A DNA stretch of 63,582 nt, filler included, from Octopus bimaculoides (GCF_001194135.2; 7 parts of 7 records of this genome joined end to end with filler, not necessarily neighbours in it), one strand, 5' to 3'. Positions 13,600 to 27,540 are shown, counted from the whole stretch's first letter. The notes: a model not told the origin generated them from the letters alone. Numbers and translations are program-made.

Positions 13600-14100
13600 A
13601 CTTCTCGGCTTTGGCACTAACTCAGTTTTTAATCAAATTTGGTGATGTTTACATTTTTAGATTGGTCACATCCTAAGCTACATTTTGAGCTACAAAATTT
13701 GAAAATTACTTCGGTAGAAAAAAGTTTCAGTAAAATAAATGAGGTCCAAACGGGAGAGTAATGCCTGAAATCGACTTAGAGTCGAAATACTTTTAAAAAC
13801 TAAATCTATATTTTATTTTAGCTTATATGATAGATCTCGGTGAGAGGAATCTATCCATGTTACTTATATGCAAAAGTACTTCCTGGATAGTTCCGAGGAG
13901 AGGGGGAATTACTTCCTGGAAAGTTCCGNNNNNNNNNNGACAGGGAGGTGATGAAATCTTCATACTGCTAGAGGCTCAAATCGAAACAGGGGACCCGAAC
14001 TGATAAGGTTGAGAAACGCTGTTATAGATTATGCCTAACCGAAAACGATCACAGCCACATCATCCAAACAGACCGTGTGAAACCGGGCTTAGCTGCTAGT
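13600..14100 (+). mobile_element. Probable non-autonomous Helitron, 3' terminus at about 14099
   Basis: It ends with a GC-rich imperfect hairpin (accgtgtgaaaccggg) followed by CTAG|T at 14096-14100, the canonical Helitron 3' arrangement. An internal short repeat acttcctggatagttccg/acttcctggaaaagttccg flanks a gap. The 5' boundary is uncertain. Confidence 0.45.
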
Positions 14101-17100
14101 ATGTTTATAAATATAAACTCCATTTCAAGCGAAGTCATTAAATTGGGTTGCTGTTTAAGCAATATTACATAATAATACTTTTAAATAATACTAGTATTTA
14201 ATGTCTTAAAAAACAATGCGTGTGTGTGTGTGGGGGGGGGGTAATTCATTTTGCATGCGCCTGTGCAATCAACGTAGACCAATTTCAAATGTAAAACTAA
14301 AAACGTAACTCTAGGATTTCATTTTAAGATAAACTGGCACAAGGAGTGATTAGACCTTAGGTCATTATCAGATGCTACATATTAAAGTCGCACTTATATA
14401 TGTGTGCATGTATGTCGGAATATGTGTGATCATTTATGTAAGTGCATGTGTTTTCTATTGCGCTCGTGTTCACATATTTGCATGAATACCGGCACACATT
14501 TAAAGATCCGTTTTGTTATTCTTATAAGCGTTATTAAATTATAAAATGCATTTCTGTTTTCCAGGATGTATAAAACAAGTGGACACAATTGCTTTGTTAC
14601 CAGTTATAGTAGTTATATTCCCAAAATATCTAACGTTATAACCACGTTATGTAGAACCATGTTATGCACCAATAATGTTATTACAGTAATTATGGCAAGA
14701 AAAACTTCGGGATAAACAAGTTGGTTAAATACAGCAAGAAACCGACATATCTTTTAGAGCAGTTGGTAGTAATCAACAGAGAAACATACTAATTAAAAAT
14801 AGTGGAAATTCTAAAGATAAAGCTAAGAAAATATACATTTCAAGATTACTGTTAACCGGAAATAGTTTATCTTATGCCTTAAGGGAACGTGATTTGCAAA
14901 GTTTGCAATATAATTAAAGTTAGATAAATAGACCAACAAAAAAAAAATATATATACATTCATGCTTATATGATTGCAATATTTATATTTTATGGACTAAT
15001 GTTTCGTTTCAATTTAACCAAACATTGGCTTCTCTATCAAATTAATTACGCCTGTTTCACAATTATGTGTCTGTGTGCGTGTATGTGTACGCGCGTGTGT
15101 GTGTGTGTGAGTGTGTGTGTATATGTGTTAGGAACTGTAAGCATGGGTGCATGTGTAGACGTATGTGTGAGTAAGTGTGTATATATAGTTACATATAAAC
15201 TTACGACTACCTACTCAACACAATAATGATTATTATAAATTTTTCAAACACACGAAATGTCTGTCATAGAAATGAAGATTTTTATATTCAAAAGTAATTT
15301 CTTCAAATTGTTCATCAGTTATTTTCCTTGTGTAATATTTGAGTGTTTGCGCATCAACTAATGATTGTTACAGGCCAGTAAAGTTGGATAAATGGTAAAC
15401 ATCAGATTCATATTCGAGTATAATACCCCTGTCTCTTCACCAAAATTCCGAGTTAGATCCCACTTCCCACCCATAACAACTACATACATTCTTATACTTA
15501 TTAAGCCATTTCTCACTAATATAACCCACCAACCCCACTTTAGCAAATGCCAGATATTTCAGTCATAATGTTAATTGAGAACGCGGAAGACATAGTTATT
15601 TAACTCCATTGTTAGACCCTTGTAACAACTTTAAATTTTTAATTTTAATCTTAATTTAATTTTATTTAATTTCATTTTATTCTATTTTTATTTTCCTGTA
15701 CGTGTATACATTTATTTGTTCGTCCATTATTACCACCACTTGAAATTCATTGGCTACCTAGGATGTATGATTCAGCATTTTGTTTTAGTAGATAACTCCA
15801 TTGGTATGCATCTCATGTACTAGTTGTTTCCCCTTAACTATAAAATATTACAGCAGTTTGACAGACAGTATTTACCTATTTATTTTATTCTTATTTGCGT
15901 TATGTTGAGAAGGTGCAGAAGGCCCTCCTCGCATTCTCTATTTACTGGTTTGTTTTCTTCTTTATTTGCATATCCCCTGTAACGGTCTTAACTTTTGCCT
16001 TTGGTTAAAATATAATTGACCAATTGTGGAGATAGATGGACTTTGGTCAATTCTATTGTGGACAATGTGTGGTGGTCTCTACAATATTTCAGTAAGTACA
16101 CTATTATAAGAACCCTACGGTTTTATTTTTGGATAAATATTAACTATCCCTATTTATGACATCATAAGTACTATTCTTTTTCTAGATATATTGGTAATTC
16201 GTGTTTTATTTTAGTACTAAGTTCATTTCACTACTATTCATACACCCTGGTTTCCCTTTTATATAGAAATAACCCGTAATTATATTTCTAGGTCACTGCT
16301 AGTTTGCTCTTTTGCCTGTCGACTTCAAGCTCCACGCTGCAAGATGGTATGATTTTTATTGGGCTCTTCTCCAGGCAGTGTTCTTTCCTGTTCCCTCTTC
16401 CCTTCGTTTATTTTATTTTACGCTTTTGCATTCACTCTGATGACGTTCTATGTACTAGATCGAATGTGCTATGAAGATGACGAATATTATTTTCGGAATT
16501 TCTTTCGTAAGCACCGACTAATACTGGAAGCGGAAACGGCCGTAAGAAATGTTATGTCATGCTTTGTATTAAATAATAATCAACCAATGCAGTTCAATTT
16601 GTTTGTTGATCAAGTTTTCTCCATTCTTTGATTTTTAAAAATTTTTATTCCTGATAAACTTTTGTTTATTTTGCTGTTACCTATGAGCGTAAAGTACCTG
16701 TGTACCCATACCCAGGGATAACACAGGTAATTGATACCGATAGTAAATACGGATATTGTTATCCCTTAGTCGCTTACTACAACCACTAACTCTGCTTACC
16801 TTTATATATATATATATATATATNNNNNNNNNNNNNNNNNNNNNNNNNNNNNNNNNNNNNNNNNNNNNNNNNNNNNNNNNNNNNNNNNNNNNNNNNNNNN
16901 NNNNNNNNNNNNNNNNNNNNNNNNNNNNNNNNNNNNNNNNNNNNNNNNNNNNNNNNNNNNNNNNNNNNNNNNNNNNNNNNNNNNNNNNNNNNNNNNNNNN
17001 NNNNNNNNNNNNNNNNNNNNNNNNNNNNNNNNNNNNNNNNNNNNNNNNNNNNNNNNNNNNNNNNNNNNNNNNNNNNNNNNNNNNNNNNNNNNNNNNNNNN

Positions 17101-17357
17101 NNNNNNNNNNNNNNNNNNNNNNNNNNNNNNNNNNNNNNNNNNNNNNNNNNNNNNNNNNNNNNNNNNNNNNNNNNNNNNNNNNNNNNNNNNNNNNNNNNNN
17201 NNNNNNNNNNNNNNNNNNNNNNNNNNNNNNNNNNNNNNNNNNNNNNNNNNNNNNNNNNNNNNNNNNNNNNNNNNNNNNNNNNNNNNNNNNNNNNNNNNNN
17301 NNNNNNNNNNNNNNNNNNNNNNNNNNNNNNNNNNNNNNNNNNNNNNNNNNNNNNNNN

Positions 17358-17392
<35 letters not shown>

Positions 17393-20300
17393 AGATAAAG
17401 ATGCTTCCGTAATTTACATTTATAAACGTATGTATATATATATGTATATGAATGGATATACAAATACGCATATATGCACTTATATATATGTAATTTCTGC
17501 TTGTGTACGCAAGTATATCTGCATTTATCATTCGTCTTTCTGAAGAAAATATTCTGCATTTTGAATGTATTCATGTATCAAGTTTCATGTTTGTCTATTT
17601 TACACATTGTAAATATATGCAACATCTAATAAACGTATTCCGAACACCTATAATTGTTTCCTATCCATCTTTTCTCTGTTCTATCGGCCCGACCTTATGC
17701 TTTCTTCTAGCCAACTCTACTTGTACCTCTCTATTCTACGCCTGCACTAGAAGTTGCACACCAACTGTATGCATATTTCAACACACAAGCAGGTTTGCTG
17801 GTATTTGTTCCCATACATGTGAATGCCGGTTGACAATTGTAAGTGCACCTCTCATTCAAATCCTGCCTGTTATCGATCCTGGAAATGAATACAGCGAAAA
17901 GAAATAATTCTGCGAACGATGATAATTCTTGGATATCAATTTACATGGAAGTATCTGTAGAAACGTCAGACCGAATGCAATCACATGGATAGCTTTATTG
18001 TCAAGTTTTGATATCTTTAGGTAGTTAATGAAGCACTAACAGAAACTGCAGTCCTTATGATAGTAATATTCTGTACGTTATCTATTTCTTGTTTTGGAAT
18101 AACCTTAGCCAGAGGAAGTTGAAAACATCGCTTGTTTTTCGATAAAGGTCTTATCATATATTCCTTCTAGCGATCGTTATGCCACAGAATGTGAAGTAAG
18201 TTGCTCTCTGTATACCATTATGATCAGAATTTATTTCCCAATGGCACTGCATACATTCACTGGATAATAGCATTAAATATTTTAGATTATAAGAAACTTG
18301 TACAGAAAGTTATATTGCAAAGTATTGTATTTGTTAGGATTCTGTGCCTACTGACTTCAAATCCTGTAGATCTTGAATTTGTTTTTGATCTTTTAGGATC
18401 ATTAATGAGAACCCAAGCAAGGTGGTAAAATGCTAGAAAAGATAATTTATCGTACTTCTTCTGCCTCTTAGCTTTCTGAGTACATATGCCACACTGTGAT
18501 ATTTTCACGGAGGACTTGATCTGTTCAACTCAACTACCAAGTCACGTGCGTTTAGCAGAGTCCAATCAGCTGCAAATCATTCGAGCTAGGTTTTCGGTTT
18601 GAATATAAATTCCTCTCTCCCATCAGTCTCGGAGAGCCTATTATCCCTTTCTTGTTATCGAATTTAATTATAGCAGATTGTCGCTCTTTTGATTATCCCC
18701 ATGTTTGAAGAAGTTCCCGTACAAACGTTTGCTACATTTTGTTTTATTCAGGTTGGAAGAACTAGGATTTTACTTATATTCGCAGTCACTCTATATTTGT
18801 AGTTAGGCCTTAGGAAATGTCTAGAAAACTGAAGTCCGTAAGGTTTGTACTGTGTTATTCGAGAATTACTAGATGTGCAATAAAACAGACTCGTAATCAC
18901 AACAATGTCGGGACCAGCCGTGGCCACAATTCCTGGCTGAAACAAGTAAAATATATATGATTTTGCAGTTTATTATGTGTGCTAAAACGTGATAACAAAG
19001 TTGTATGATGAGTGAAGTTGAGTTCATTTGAAATTTGTTTTCTTTCAATAAGGAAGAGTTTAGAGTTTCTGAATTCCTGCGTTTTTCCTTTATCTGAAGC
19101 TATGTTTGGCATTCCTACTGACATATTTTCTATATTTGTTTATTATGGTCAGCGGCTTCTTCGTAGACATTTCTAGCAACATCTACGACTAGAGTACCAT
19201 GCGCGAATCTTTCTAAGCTTTTCAGTAATAGGTTTATTGAGCAGCAATTCATCTTTTTCACCACAAGTCATTGCAGTACCCACTCAAGTCTCCTGAAAAT
19301 GACGTCATGCTTTTCATTCAGCAGTTTATGTAAACTATATTACTGTAAAAACATTTTACGAGTCTATTGTTTTTAGTGGTTGGTATTTGTTAAACTTCTG
19401 TACTAAGACGCACTTCCGCCCAACAATTTCTGCCGAGAATGAATTGTCCATCATATCATTGTGATCAGCAAACTATTTAACACACAGCTTCTGTCAACCA
19501 AGCACTCTCTCAAGAAATTGGTTTTAGACGTGTGTTAGAAGGAGGTTGAACAGTAGAAATGGTTGAGGAGCCTACACACTAGGTTGGTTCATTGAGTTAT
19601 ATTATGCTTCTATCTGTGTTTGGAAGCAGTCAGCTTCAGAATCGTCTGTATTCCCTGCAGTGTTCATAGCATAAATAGCAACCTAGCATGTTTTGGTGTT
19701 AATTTCCTTAAAACTCCCCTCTTTTAATACCAATCTCCATCATTGTTCTGAATGTTAGAAACTGCTTTAAGTTCTGTAGTTAAAGAAATTAAATATAAAA
19801 CATGACTTATTGTCTTTTGAACATGGAATGTTCTTAAATTCCTTCGAAATTTAACATGCTTTTCCTAGAACATTGGAATGCTCCTAAAATAAAAAAAATA
19901 TGAAAAATTTATAAAACTTGAACCAAGTTAAACAGAAATTACTTTGAAATACGACACATTTTCGCACGTAATATTGCTCAGAATATATCGGTGTATTGCT
20001 GATAGTACCCTCGAGCCATTACACGAATTCTTTTGCGGCTTCATTTCCTCAAATGCAAAAAAGATATTTAAAAAAATGACTATTCTTATATTCTAACTTG
20101 TTTTCATGATTTTAAGTGGAAGGTGAGAGAGAGGGGAAGAGGAAGTAGTGAGAATTAGAGAGATAAAAGCGGCAGAGGGAAAGCAGGAAGAGAAACGAAA
20201 GTGATAGGGGAAATGGTAAATGTAAAGAGAGTATTTTTTTTTTATGTTGCCAAATAAAATAAATAAAACAGAAATACTGGATATTTCATATTGTTTTGCA

Positions 20301-20919
20301 GAAAACCAGACGACTTACAGCAGCAAAAATGCGAGATACAATATAATTCATAAAATAATTAAAGATAATTAGAATACATACACGGACACACAAGCGAACG
20401 CACATGCGCACACACAGAAACACATACACACACACAAAGACACACATACACACACGGATACACATATACCTATATACATATACAAATCTATACAAAAATA
20501 CATATAAATATAAAAGTAGATATGTAAATATGCCATTATAGTTGTGTATATACATACATAAATACACACTCACATATACACACATATACCCACACATATA
20601 AAAATATATATGTAATTCACCGGAAGGTATCATAGGTAGCAATGAATAACGTATCAAATATAGTAAAAACTATAACACAGCAGTGCGTATAAATTACAAA
20701 ATGCACCACGTGATCTTCATTTCCCTCTGTGTTCCTTGACATAGCATTTTTATCATTCTTTTTTTTCAGTTTTCACTCATCTATGCCTGTGTGAATGCCT
20801 TAACGCTATTTATTGCATTATTCGTTACAAATAGTTTTCTGTTTTTCACCTCACTGACTCTTTGACTTTTCTCTATGGATTTATCGCACATCTTCCATTG
20901 CACCAGCTATATCGGTGAA

Positions 20920-20924
<5 letters not shown>

Positions 20925-20974
<50 letters not shown>

Positions 20975-21224
20975 CAACTATCTATCTATCTACATATATA
21001 TATATATATATGTATCTATATATCGATCGATCGATGTATCTGTATATATATATTTATCAGTGTATTTTGCATATTTGCCTTTGTGTGTATGTTTGTATGT
21101 TTGTATGGGTGTGTAAAAATAAATGTGCAAATATATGATCTGAGATATACGTTCATATATACATACATTCATTTAAATACATACATATAAATATAAATAT
21201 ATAAAGCGATAGATAGATAGATAA

Positions 21225-21260
<36 letters not shown>
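20925..21260. repeat. (ATCT)n, (AT)n and (AGAT)n microsatellite cluster
   Basis: Directly visible. It generates the spurious YLSI/IYLS ORFs. Confidence 0.95.
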
Positions 21261-21261
<1 letters not shown>

Positions 21262-22025
21262 TTAATAATAATGGTAGAAATTGATATTAATCAATCAAAA
21301 CCAGTGGTCCAGCATATTAAAACAAATCCGAAGACTAAAATTATATTACATACACAAATAAGAGTAATGACCAGCAAAAGTGGACTCCTATATGCTAGAA
21401 ATAGATGCCGAATCATCTAACCACGAAGAATATGTTCTCAGTAAAATTTCAGCGAGACGACAGACCGTAAAAGGGCAAGACAAATAAAAAAAATGATTAA
21501 CCTACGCACCAATGGCTTCACCTGTTAATACTTACATAAGTAAATATCTGCAGGATCACCACCTTGTCCTGGGCCCGTCCAGTTGCCCATTGTTTTGCTA
21601 ACTGAAATCACTTGCCTAACTGAAATGACTAGTTCTACCTGTTTTTGCAACCATTCAGCATCAATTTGTTCTAGTCTTTGCTCCAAGTTTCACTGAAAAA
21701 CTTTTGAATCTAGTGCTCTTAGCTTAGATTTCCTTGGGGCCGGCAAGATTAGAGTAGTCCTGAGATTAACCGGCCGAAACTGCAAAGATGATCTGCTTCC
21801 CGATTGAAGATTGAAAGATTCAAATGATCCGTCCTCGTTATTTTTCCTGTCCGTTTGTCTATCACCTATTGTCCGAATGTTTTGTTGACGCCTGTTACGT
21901 TCTTGTTCCACTTTTGTTTTGATATCATATATATATATATATATNNNNNNNNNNNNNNNNNNNNNNNNNNNNNNNNNNNNNNNNNNNNNNNNNNNNNNNN
22001 NNNNNNNNNNNNNNNNNNNNNNNNN

Positions 22026-22121
<96 letters not shown>

Positions 22122-22130
22122 TATGTGTGT

Positions 22131-22169
<39 letters not shown>

Positions 22170-23409
22170 GACTTAGAGAGATAGAGTGTTACTAAAATTG
22201 TTATTTTTATGTCTTATGCCTACTTTTCTTTAATATTAATCTGATTACTATTAATATATATTGATACAAATATATATCGATATGCAAATAGTTTACTTTA
22301 TATATGTTTGTTTTTTTTTTGTTTTGAAATGTCTCCGAATTACCAAACAAATAAAGTAATTATGAGACATTAGAACTTTCCACCAAACATTTGTATTAGT
22401 TAATCACAAAGGTGTCGACCACAACCGCACTTCGTGTCCATATTATGTTCAATTAGCGAGCTAAAATCAAGTGATTACTTAATATAAAAAGGTCATCTCT
22501 CCAAAGAGTTGCAGAATCGTGACGATATAGCGAGCAGATACAGTTTGTCAGGAATGCTCAGACTACGTAGTTCTGCTGTACATAATCAAAGAATTTCATC
22601 TTATCTCCGGTGGTTAGGATAATATTTTCTTTATGAAAATTAATCAATTCCATCGTATGATCACGTCCACAAATAACTGTTCAGTAATTGCTATCAGAAT
22701 ATTAAACAAAAATGGAAAACTCGGAGACAGAAAGAATGAAGGGATGGGAAATAATCGAGAAAACTTATAGAATGTGAGAGTATGTTGGAGAAATGAGATT
22801 ATCGCTTCATTCCAATCGATAGCAATTATGGTAAAATAAAATTGGGACCATGTAGCTAGAAGCGCGTATATTTTTATCGTATTCATAATATCATATATAA
22901 TTATACGTATATATATATGTGTGCGTGAGTGTATATATATATATATATATNNNNNNNNNNNNNNNNNNNNNNNNNNNNNNNNNNNNNNNNNNNNTTAATT
23001 AATTAANNNNNNNNNNNNNNNNNNNNNNNNNNNNNNNNNNNNNNNNNNNNAGAGAGAGAGAGAGAGAGAGAGAGACGGTTTAGACGGAAGAAACGTGACT
23101 ATTTTTAACAATGGGAAACTTTAACGAGGCTGATAAGTGGGTCGGGAGATAAACAAAGCACACACACACATGTACACAGAAAAATACATGCAAAATGGCT
23201 GATGGATTATGGGTAAATATTGAAAGGTTAAGAGAATAAGGGAAGGTCGGGCAGGAAGGGCTGAACCTGAATGATAAGTAGAAATGCTTTTGATCTCAAT
23301 TACGGTCGAGCCCGTTTCCTTTGTGAAACTAGTGAAAGCTATGAGACATCCATATTAGAAATGGGTTGCTTTTTAGTACCTGGGGCGAATGTCAAGTTAT
23401 ATATATGTA

Positions 23410-24232
23410 CTCTTTTACTTGTTTCAGTCATTTGACAGCGGCTATGCTGGAGCACCACCTTAAAGTGCCTTTTTAGTCGAAGACTTATTCTATCGGTGTC
23501 TTTTGCCAAACCGTTTAGTTACGGGGACGTAAAAGTACCAACATCGGTTGTCAAGCGTTGGTGGACACGCAGACACACACACATATAAGCAAAACAGTTA
23601 TTTCTAAAATTTCTCTGAGATGATCGCAGTAGTTGTACTTACAAGTAATGTTTGTATCCACTTCAACATGGCTGTTCCGTTGGAAGGGGCTTTATTATGA
23701 TTTTTCAACCCCAAGAAGACATCTCCTCTAGCTGGTTAACGATGCATACCTGCATTCGATATATTACCAGCAGGGAAGCGATGGGACCAGCATACCAATC
23801 TAGTTTCGGGCTATTTCTGCCTCTTTTCAGTACAGGACACTTCATCTGCTAGAGTTGGCGGCAGCCCGCTTCTGCTCGCAATATATATATATAAATTTAA
23901 GCGACAAACAGTCGCTGATTTTGTATCAAGCAAAAAAGCTAATTCTAAAATCTCTCTAAGAGATCAACGAAGTAGTTGTACTAGCAAGTAATATTCATAG
24001 CCACTTCAACATGACTGTTCCATTCGAACGGACTTTACTGTGATTTCTTAACCCCAAGAGGACACCTCATCTAGCTGGTTAACGAAGCTTCTTTCATTTA
24101 CCGTCTACTAAATCCACTCACATGGCTTTGGTCGGCCCGAGGCTATAGTAGAAGCTACTTGCCCAAGGTGTCACGCAGTGGGACAGATCCCGGAACCATG
24201 TGGTTGAGAAGCAAACTTCTTACCACATAGCC
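23410..24232 (-). mobile_element. SINE family A split by a ~500-bp insert
   Basis: The 3' half is at 23410-23585 (cagtcatttgacagcggctatgctggagcacc...) and the tRNA-like head at 24095-24232 (ccgtctactaaatccactcac...cttaccacatagcc). Confidence 0.75.
23588..24088. repeat. Diverged direct repeat of about 160 bp (23588-23748 and 23933-24088)
   Basis: aaaacagttatttctaaaatttctctgagatgatcgcagtagttgtact...cttcaacatggctgttcc...aaccccaagaagacatctcctctagctggttaacga aligns with aaaaagctaattctaaaatctctctaagagatcaacgaagtagttgtact...cttcaacatgactgttcc...aaccccaagaggacacctcatctagctggttaacga. Confidence 0.9.
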
Positions 24233-24244
24233 AAACCTGAACTG

Positions 24245-24430
24245 CAGTCAAGCTGGAGCACTGTCTTGAAGGGTTTAGTGGAGCAAATCGACTCTAGAAT
24301 TTTTTTGTAAAGAAAAAGCTCTGGTACTAGTTCTATCAGTCAATTTGGCCGAACCGCTAAGTTACGGGTCGTAAACAAAGCTAGTTGTCAAGCGGTCGGG
24401 GGAGAGACAAACACATACACAAAGACACAC
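24245..24430 (-). mobile_element. SINE family A 3' half
   Basis: gctggagcactg...caaatcgac...gccgaaccgctaagttacggg...ttgtcaagcg matches family A. Confidence 0.7.
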
Positions 24431-25622
24431 TGTACTGTTTGTGTTACCTATTTTGATCCTCCACAAAATCCCAAATTTTATTTAATTTACTTCTCTGTTA
24501 TATTTTCTCTAATGAACTGGAACATCTATGATTCGAGTTTCATCAAAATTGCAGATGAGGGTTCTTTCCCTCTTTACGCACCATAAAAAAATTCTAATCA
24601 TAATACATGTATCCCATACTACTGATGTTTATGCGCAGATTCCAAAATTCCAGTCTTATGGAACCTGTTAAAAGGATTTTGCTCCTGAAAAATGGAGCTC
24701 ATGGAGCTCTAAAATGTGGGAGTTAAGGCCCCACTTGGAGGTGGGTGTCTTAATGTCAACCAGAGAAGCTGAATTGTTGAGAATCTTTTTGACTTGAGTG
24801 TTATATCTATTGTTCGAATTTCTTTCAAATAAGAAATATATGTATGTTCACTGGGTTTGTAAAAGAGAGAAAAGTTACAGGAAACCAATTTTACAAATTC
24901 ATAGACATCAAGGTATAATCATAATGTTTACAACGCATTGGCGATTCAATTTTAATGTTTTAAATAGCAGAACACAAATGATGTTGTAGACTATAATGGT
25001 TGGTAGTAGATGGGAATTATACCCCACTCTCGGTAAAATTTGAAAGCTTTTGTAAAACTGGAAGTTTCTGGGTAAAGGTGAAAATGTTACGATATTTTCG
25101 TTCAATTATATGCGTTATGTTGGTACTGGAACAGCCAATTAACTTATAGCATTTAGTGGTTCATTTCCCAATTTTGTAAAGCGTGAATTGCATGAAGACT
25201 TAGTATAAAATTGATGACCGGATCTATCAAAGGCGAAGTTATTTGTGGTGAGGTCAAATCAACTGTTGTGATGCCGATCTATCCAGTGATAAACCTAACG
25301 GCCTAATTATTGTCGAGTGACCTATATATGATAAGATCTCAAAAAGAACTAGTTTCTTTGATGAAACATTGTGGTTATTTTCGCTGGCTAAGCAAACGGT
25401 ATATGCTCAAAGGCTTCTAAGAGATGAAAGATGACACAAAACTTCTCATGAATGCCAAAGGAATTAGATAACCAAATATAGTAGTGCTATTTAAATTATG
25501 TAAGTGCGGTGGTCGAACCCGGCGTTGCTCATGTTGGTTTATACTCGAGGAATTACAAGGTTGGTGATTAAGTTGCCCTATTCTGTGACATGGAAGATGT
25601 ACAAGAGATAGACAGACAGATG

Positions 25623-25656
<34 letters not shown>

Positions 25657-26124
25657 CACATGCAGACAGTTTGGTAGGTGGGCAGGCAGGTAAGTAGGCA
25701 GACAGGCAGACAGATACCAAGCCTTTCGCAATATCCTTAGAACCAGGAACCTTTCAGCACCCAACTCGTATATATGCGTACGCGTGCGCGTGCATGCGTA
25801 CGCGTGTATGCGTACGCGTGCGCGTGTATGCGTGCGTGTTCGTAACTAGATACCACAAGGCATTTTATCGGACACTTTACATTGCTGATAGATACACTAG
25901 CTATCTAGTATACTAGTATACTGATAGATGTACTAAATATACTAACTATTGCTAATAGATTGGAATGGTGCATTGGTAGAATGTCATACACAGTTGTGTA
26001 CGGCTGCATCTCTCAAAGTTCAAACCCCCGATGAAGTCAACTCTGTTTTCATTCTCCCGTAAAGATCCGAAAGATCTCCCTTTTTTCAACACACTGGCCC
26101 TTTATACATACATACTATATATGT

Positions 26125-26348
26125 CTTTTGTCTTTTACATGTTTCAGTCATTAGACTGTGGTCATGCTGGGGCACCACCTTGAATTTTTAGTCGATTGAA
26201 TCGACCCCAGTACTTATTTTTTCAAGCCTGGTACTTATTCTATCGGTGTCTTTTGCCGAACCGCTAACTTACAGGAATGTAAACATACCAACATCTGTTA
26301 TTAAGCGATGGTGGGGGGGACAAACACTGACACACAAATACACACACA
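26125..26348 (-). mobile_element. SINE family A 3' half, truncated by a gap
   Basis: gtttcagtcattagactgtggtcatgctggggcaccacc...atcgaccccagtacttat...ttgccgaaccgctaa matches family A. Confidence 0.8.
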
Positions 26349-27174
26349 NNNNNNNNNNNNNNNNNNNNNNNNNNNNNNNNNNNNNNNNNNNNNNNNNNNN
26401 NNNNNNNNNNNNNNNNNNNNNNNNNNNNNNNNNNNNNNNNNNNNNNNNNNNNNNNNNNNNNNNNNNNNNNNNNNNNNNNNNNNNNNNNNNNNNNNNNNNN
26501 NNNNNNNNNNNNNNNNNNNNNNNNNNNNNNNNNNNNNNNNNNNNNNNNNNNNNNNNNNNNNNNNNNNNNNNNNNNNNNNNNNNNNNNNNNNNNNNNNNNN
26601 NNNNNNNNNNNNNNNNNNNNNNNNNNNNNNNNNNNNNNNNNNNNNNNNNNNNNNNNNNNNNNNNNNNNNNNNNNNNNNNNNNNNNNNNNNNNNNNNNNNN
26701 NNNNNNNNNNNNNNNNNNNNNNNNNNNNNNNNNNNNNNNNNNNNNNNNNNNNNNNNNNNNNNNNNNNNNNNNNNNNNNNNNNNNNNNNNNNNNNNNNNNN
26801 NNNNNNNNNNNNNNNNNNNNNNNNNNNNNNNNNNNNNNNNNNNNNNNNNNNNNNNNNNNNNNNNNNNNNNNNNNNNNNNNNNNNNNNNNNNNNNNNNNNN
26901 NNNNNNNNNNNNNNNNNNNNNNNNNNNNNNNNNNNNNNNNNNNNNNNNNNNNNNNNNNNNNNNNNNNNNNNNNNNNNNNNNNNNNNNNNNNNNNNNNNNN
27001 NNNNNNNNNNNNNNNNNNNNNNNNNNNNNNNNNNNNNNNNNCTAAGTTCAGGTGATTATAGGAGAAGAAACGGGTGTGTGCAAGGGGTCTGGGCAGAGAG
27101 AAATAATTTGCAGCTAGCTTACTTTTGTAAAAAAGGAAAAAGACAAAATCGCTGCTGTAGCGGTAGAAAGGGTG

Positions 27175-27177
<3 letters not shown>

Positions 27178-27226
<49 letters not shown>

Positions 27227-27540
27227 GACAGAGAAAGAGAGACAGAGAGACAGAGGGAGAGAGAGACATAGAGACAGAGAAAGAGAGACAGACAGACAGA
27301 GAGAGAGAGACAGGGAGACAGAGAGAGAGAGAGACAGAGAGACAGAGACAGAGAGAGGAAATATATATATGAAGTTATATATATATATATATGTGTGTGT
27401 GTGTATACATATATATACACACACGCACACTCACACACATACATACATACATACCTACATACATACATACACACACACACACATGCATACATACATACAT
27501 ACATACATACATACATACATACATACATACATACATACGC
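27178..27540. repeat. Compound (AG)n/(AGAC)n, (AT)n and (ACAT)n microsatellite
   Basis: Directly visible. Confidence 0.95.

Noticed and set aside
15950-16640. Possible decayed LINE on the minus strand and the 90-aa plus ORF at 16359
   Set aside because: The resemblance to RT C-terminal sequence is faint and there are many stops, so no diagnostic motif could be confirmed.
18171-18195. 25-nt micro-exon signal (ttccttctag|...GAA|gtaagt)
   Set aside because: It lies antisense within the decayed frame region at 17600-19700 and is consistent with chance without junction reads.
22644-22886. Hydrophobic 80-aa minus-strand ORF (receptor-like?)
   Set aside because: The hydrophobicity is explained by T-rich composition, and there are no receptor motifs or convincing splice sites.
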